Below, one piece after another: positions 32,473-33,321 of a DNA stretch of 33,321 nucleotides; the first letter of the stretch is position 1, and the number at the start of each line of letters is the position of its first letter. The stretch is taken from positions 1 to 33,321 of the forward strand of contig DASSHR010000439.1 in assembly GCA_035692745.1 (NCBI GenBank), read 5' to 3'. The stretch is from Candidatus Limnocylindrales bacterium. GTDB lineage: Bacteria > Chloroflexota > Limnocylindria > Limnocylindrales > CSP1-4. The notes under the pieces were generated by a model. It had not been told where the DNA came from. It searched no databases and worked only from the letters and a program-made list of their open reading frames with translations. Position numbers and translations under genes: made by a program.

Positions 32473-33321
32473 ATGGCGCTCTCCATCCGCAGCGAGGTCC
32501 TCCGGCTCCCGCTGCGCGACCCGTTCCGCATCGCACGCTCGGAGCACGGTGCGGGCCACAGCACCACGACGCTCGTCGTGGAGCTGACCGACGACCGGTT
32601 CCCGGGCGTCGTGGCACTGGGGGAGGGCTACCCGGACAAGCATTACGGCGAGACCGTCGAGACGGTCCCCGCGGTGTTCCCGATGCTGCTGGCCGCAGCC
32701 GGCGAGGTCGAGCCGACGGCCGACGGCCTGCGGGCGGCGAGCCTGCGCGTCGAGCATGCGATCCGCTGGAACGGCGCCGCGAAGTGCGCGGTCGACTCAG
32801 CGCTCCTCGATCTCGTCGGCAAGGTCACGGGCCGGCCGGCCCATGCCCTGCTCGGGCTGTCCCGCGACATCCCGCCCACCGACTTCACGATCGGCATCGA
32901 CGAGCCCGAGATCGTCGCCCAGCGCGCCCAGCGGGCGGGCGCCTTCCCGGCGCTCAAGATCAAGTGCGGCGGGCCGGCGGACCTCGAGACGCTGCGCGCC
33001 GTGCGGCGCGTCTACGACAAGCCGCTGCGCGTCGACGCCAACACGGGCTGGACGCCCGAGACGGCCCGCGAGCTGCTGCCCGCGATGGTCGAGCTGGGGG
33101 TCGAGCTGATCGAGCAGCCGTTCCCGACGACGCGCTTCGACTGGCTGCGGGACCTCCAGCAGGTCTCGCCGCTGCCCATCGTCGCCGACGAGTCGTGCGT
33201 CACGATCGACGACCTCGATGCCCTCGTCGGCGTCACCGCCGGGGTCAACGTGAAGCTCGCGAAGTGCGGCGGACCCGGCCCGGCGGCGCGGATGCTCGCG
33301 CGGGCGAAGGAGCTCGGCTTC
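32473..33321 (+). CDS. dipeptide epimerase / enolase-superfamily racemase, 5' part (runs off the right edge)
   Basis: Own translation from ATG 32473: MALSIRSEVLRLPLRDPFRIARSEH..., ALKIKCGG (KxK), RVDANTGW, LIEQPF, IVADES, VNVKLAKCGG. All enolase-superfamily metal and catalytic positions are present. Not in the ORF track because there is no stop in the window. Confidence 0.85.
   Translation, partial: MALSIRSEVLRLPLRDPFRIARSEHGAGHSTTTLVVELTDDRFPGVVALGEGYPDKHYGETVETVPAVFPMLLAAAGEVEPTADGLRAASLRVEHAIRWNGAAKCAVDSALLDLVGKVTGRPAHALLGLSRDIPPTDFTIGIDEPEIVAQRAQRAGAFPALKIKCGGPADLETLRAVRRVYDKPLRVDANTGWTPETARELLPAMVELGVELIEQPFPTTRFDWLRDLQQVSPLPIVADESCVTIDDLDALVGVTAGVNVKLAKCGGPGPAARMLARAKELGF

Noticed and set aside
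32756-33109. 117-aa plus-strand ORF and minus-strand ORFs within 32173-33248
   Set aside because: They are out of frame with the open-ended enolase-superfamily reading frame that starts at 32473 and carries all catalytic motifs.

Overview
High-GC bacterial chromosomal segment (about 70% G+C by eye, with very high GC3 in the real reading frames). It is most consistent with an Actinomycetota-like genome rich in leaderless mRNAs, but the taxon cannot be fixed from this window. I call 28 protein-coding genes, two of them cut by the window edges, plus one tRNA-Glu(CTC). I saw no rRNA, CRISPR array, transposase, integrase or phage genes. Much of the six-frame track consists of long Arg/Pro/Gly-rich shadow ORFs typical of high-GC DNA. 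I chose real genes by family motifs, balanced composition, GC3 and start-site context, and trimmed several track ORFs to internal starts. The main item is a ~14.3 kb, nine-gene minus-strand operon (8835-23167). It is joined by ATGA/GTGA/TGATG stop-start overlaps and links an ABC-2 (NosY/GldF-type) exporter to a MoxR AAA+ / DUF58 / multi-VWA 'Bat-like' module. The operon also encodes two large uncharacterised membrane proteins. One of them carries a near-perfect 15-nt x 12 tandem array encoding (GTGQQ)n. Other points of interest: (1) an RsbQ/KAI2-type alpha/beta hydrolase coupled to an orphan PAS histidine kinase; (2) a signal-peptide-less protein with a peptidoglycan-binding domain, three ~95-aa TPR-like repeats and an N-terminal LQxxAGNxAVQ motif; (3) a recurrent TAnnnT box 6-9 nt upstream of nine start codons, including a 15-nt motif shared 14/15 by two unrelated genes; (4) a DUF1611 (DgcN-like) / dipeptide-epimerase pair at the right edge. 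All family assignments come from motif recognition by eye. No database search was run.
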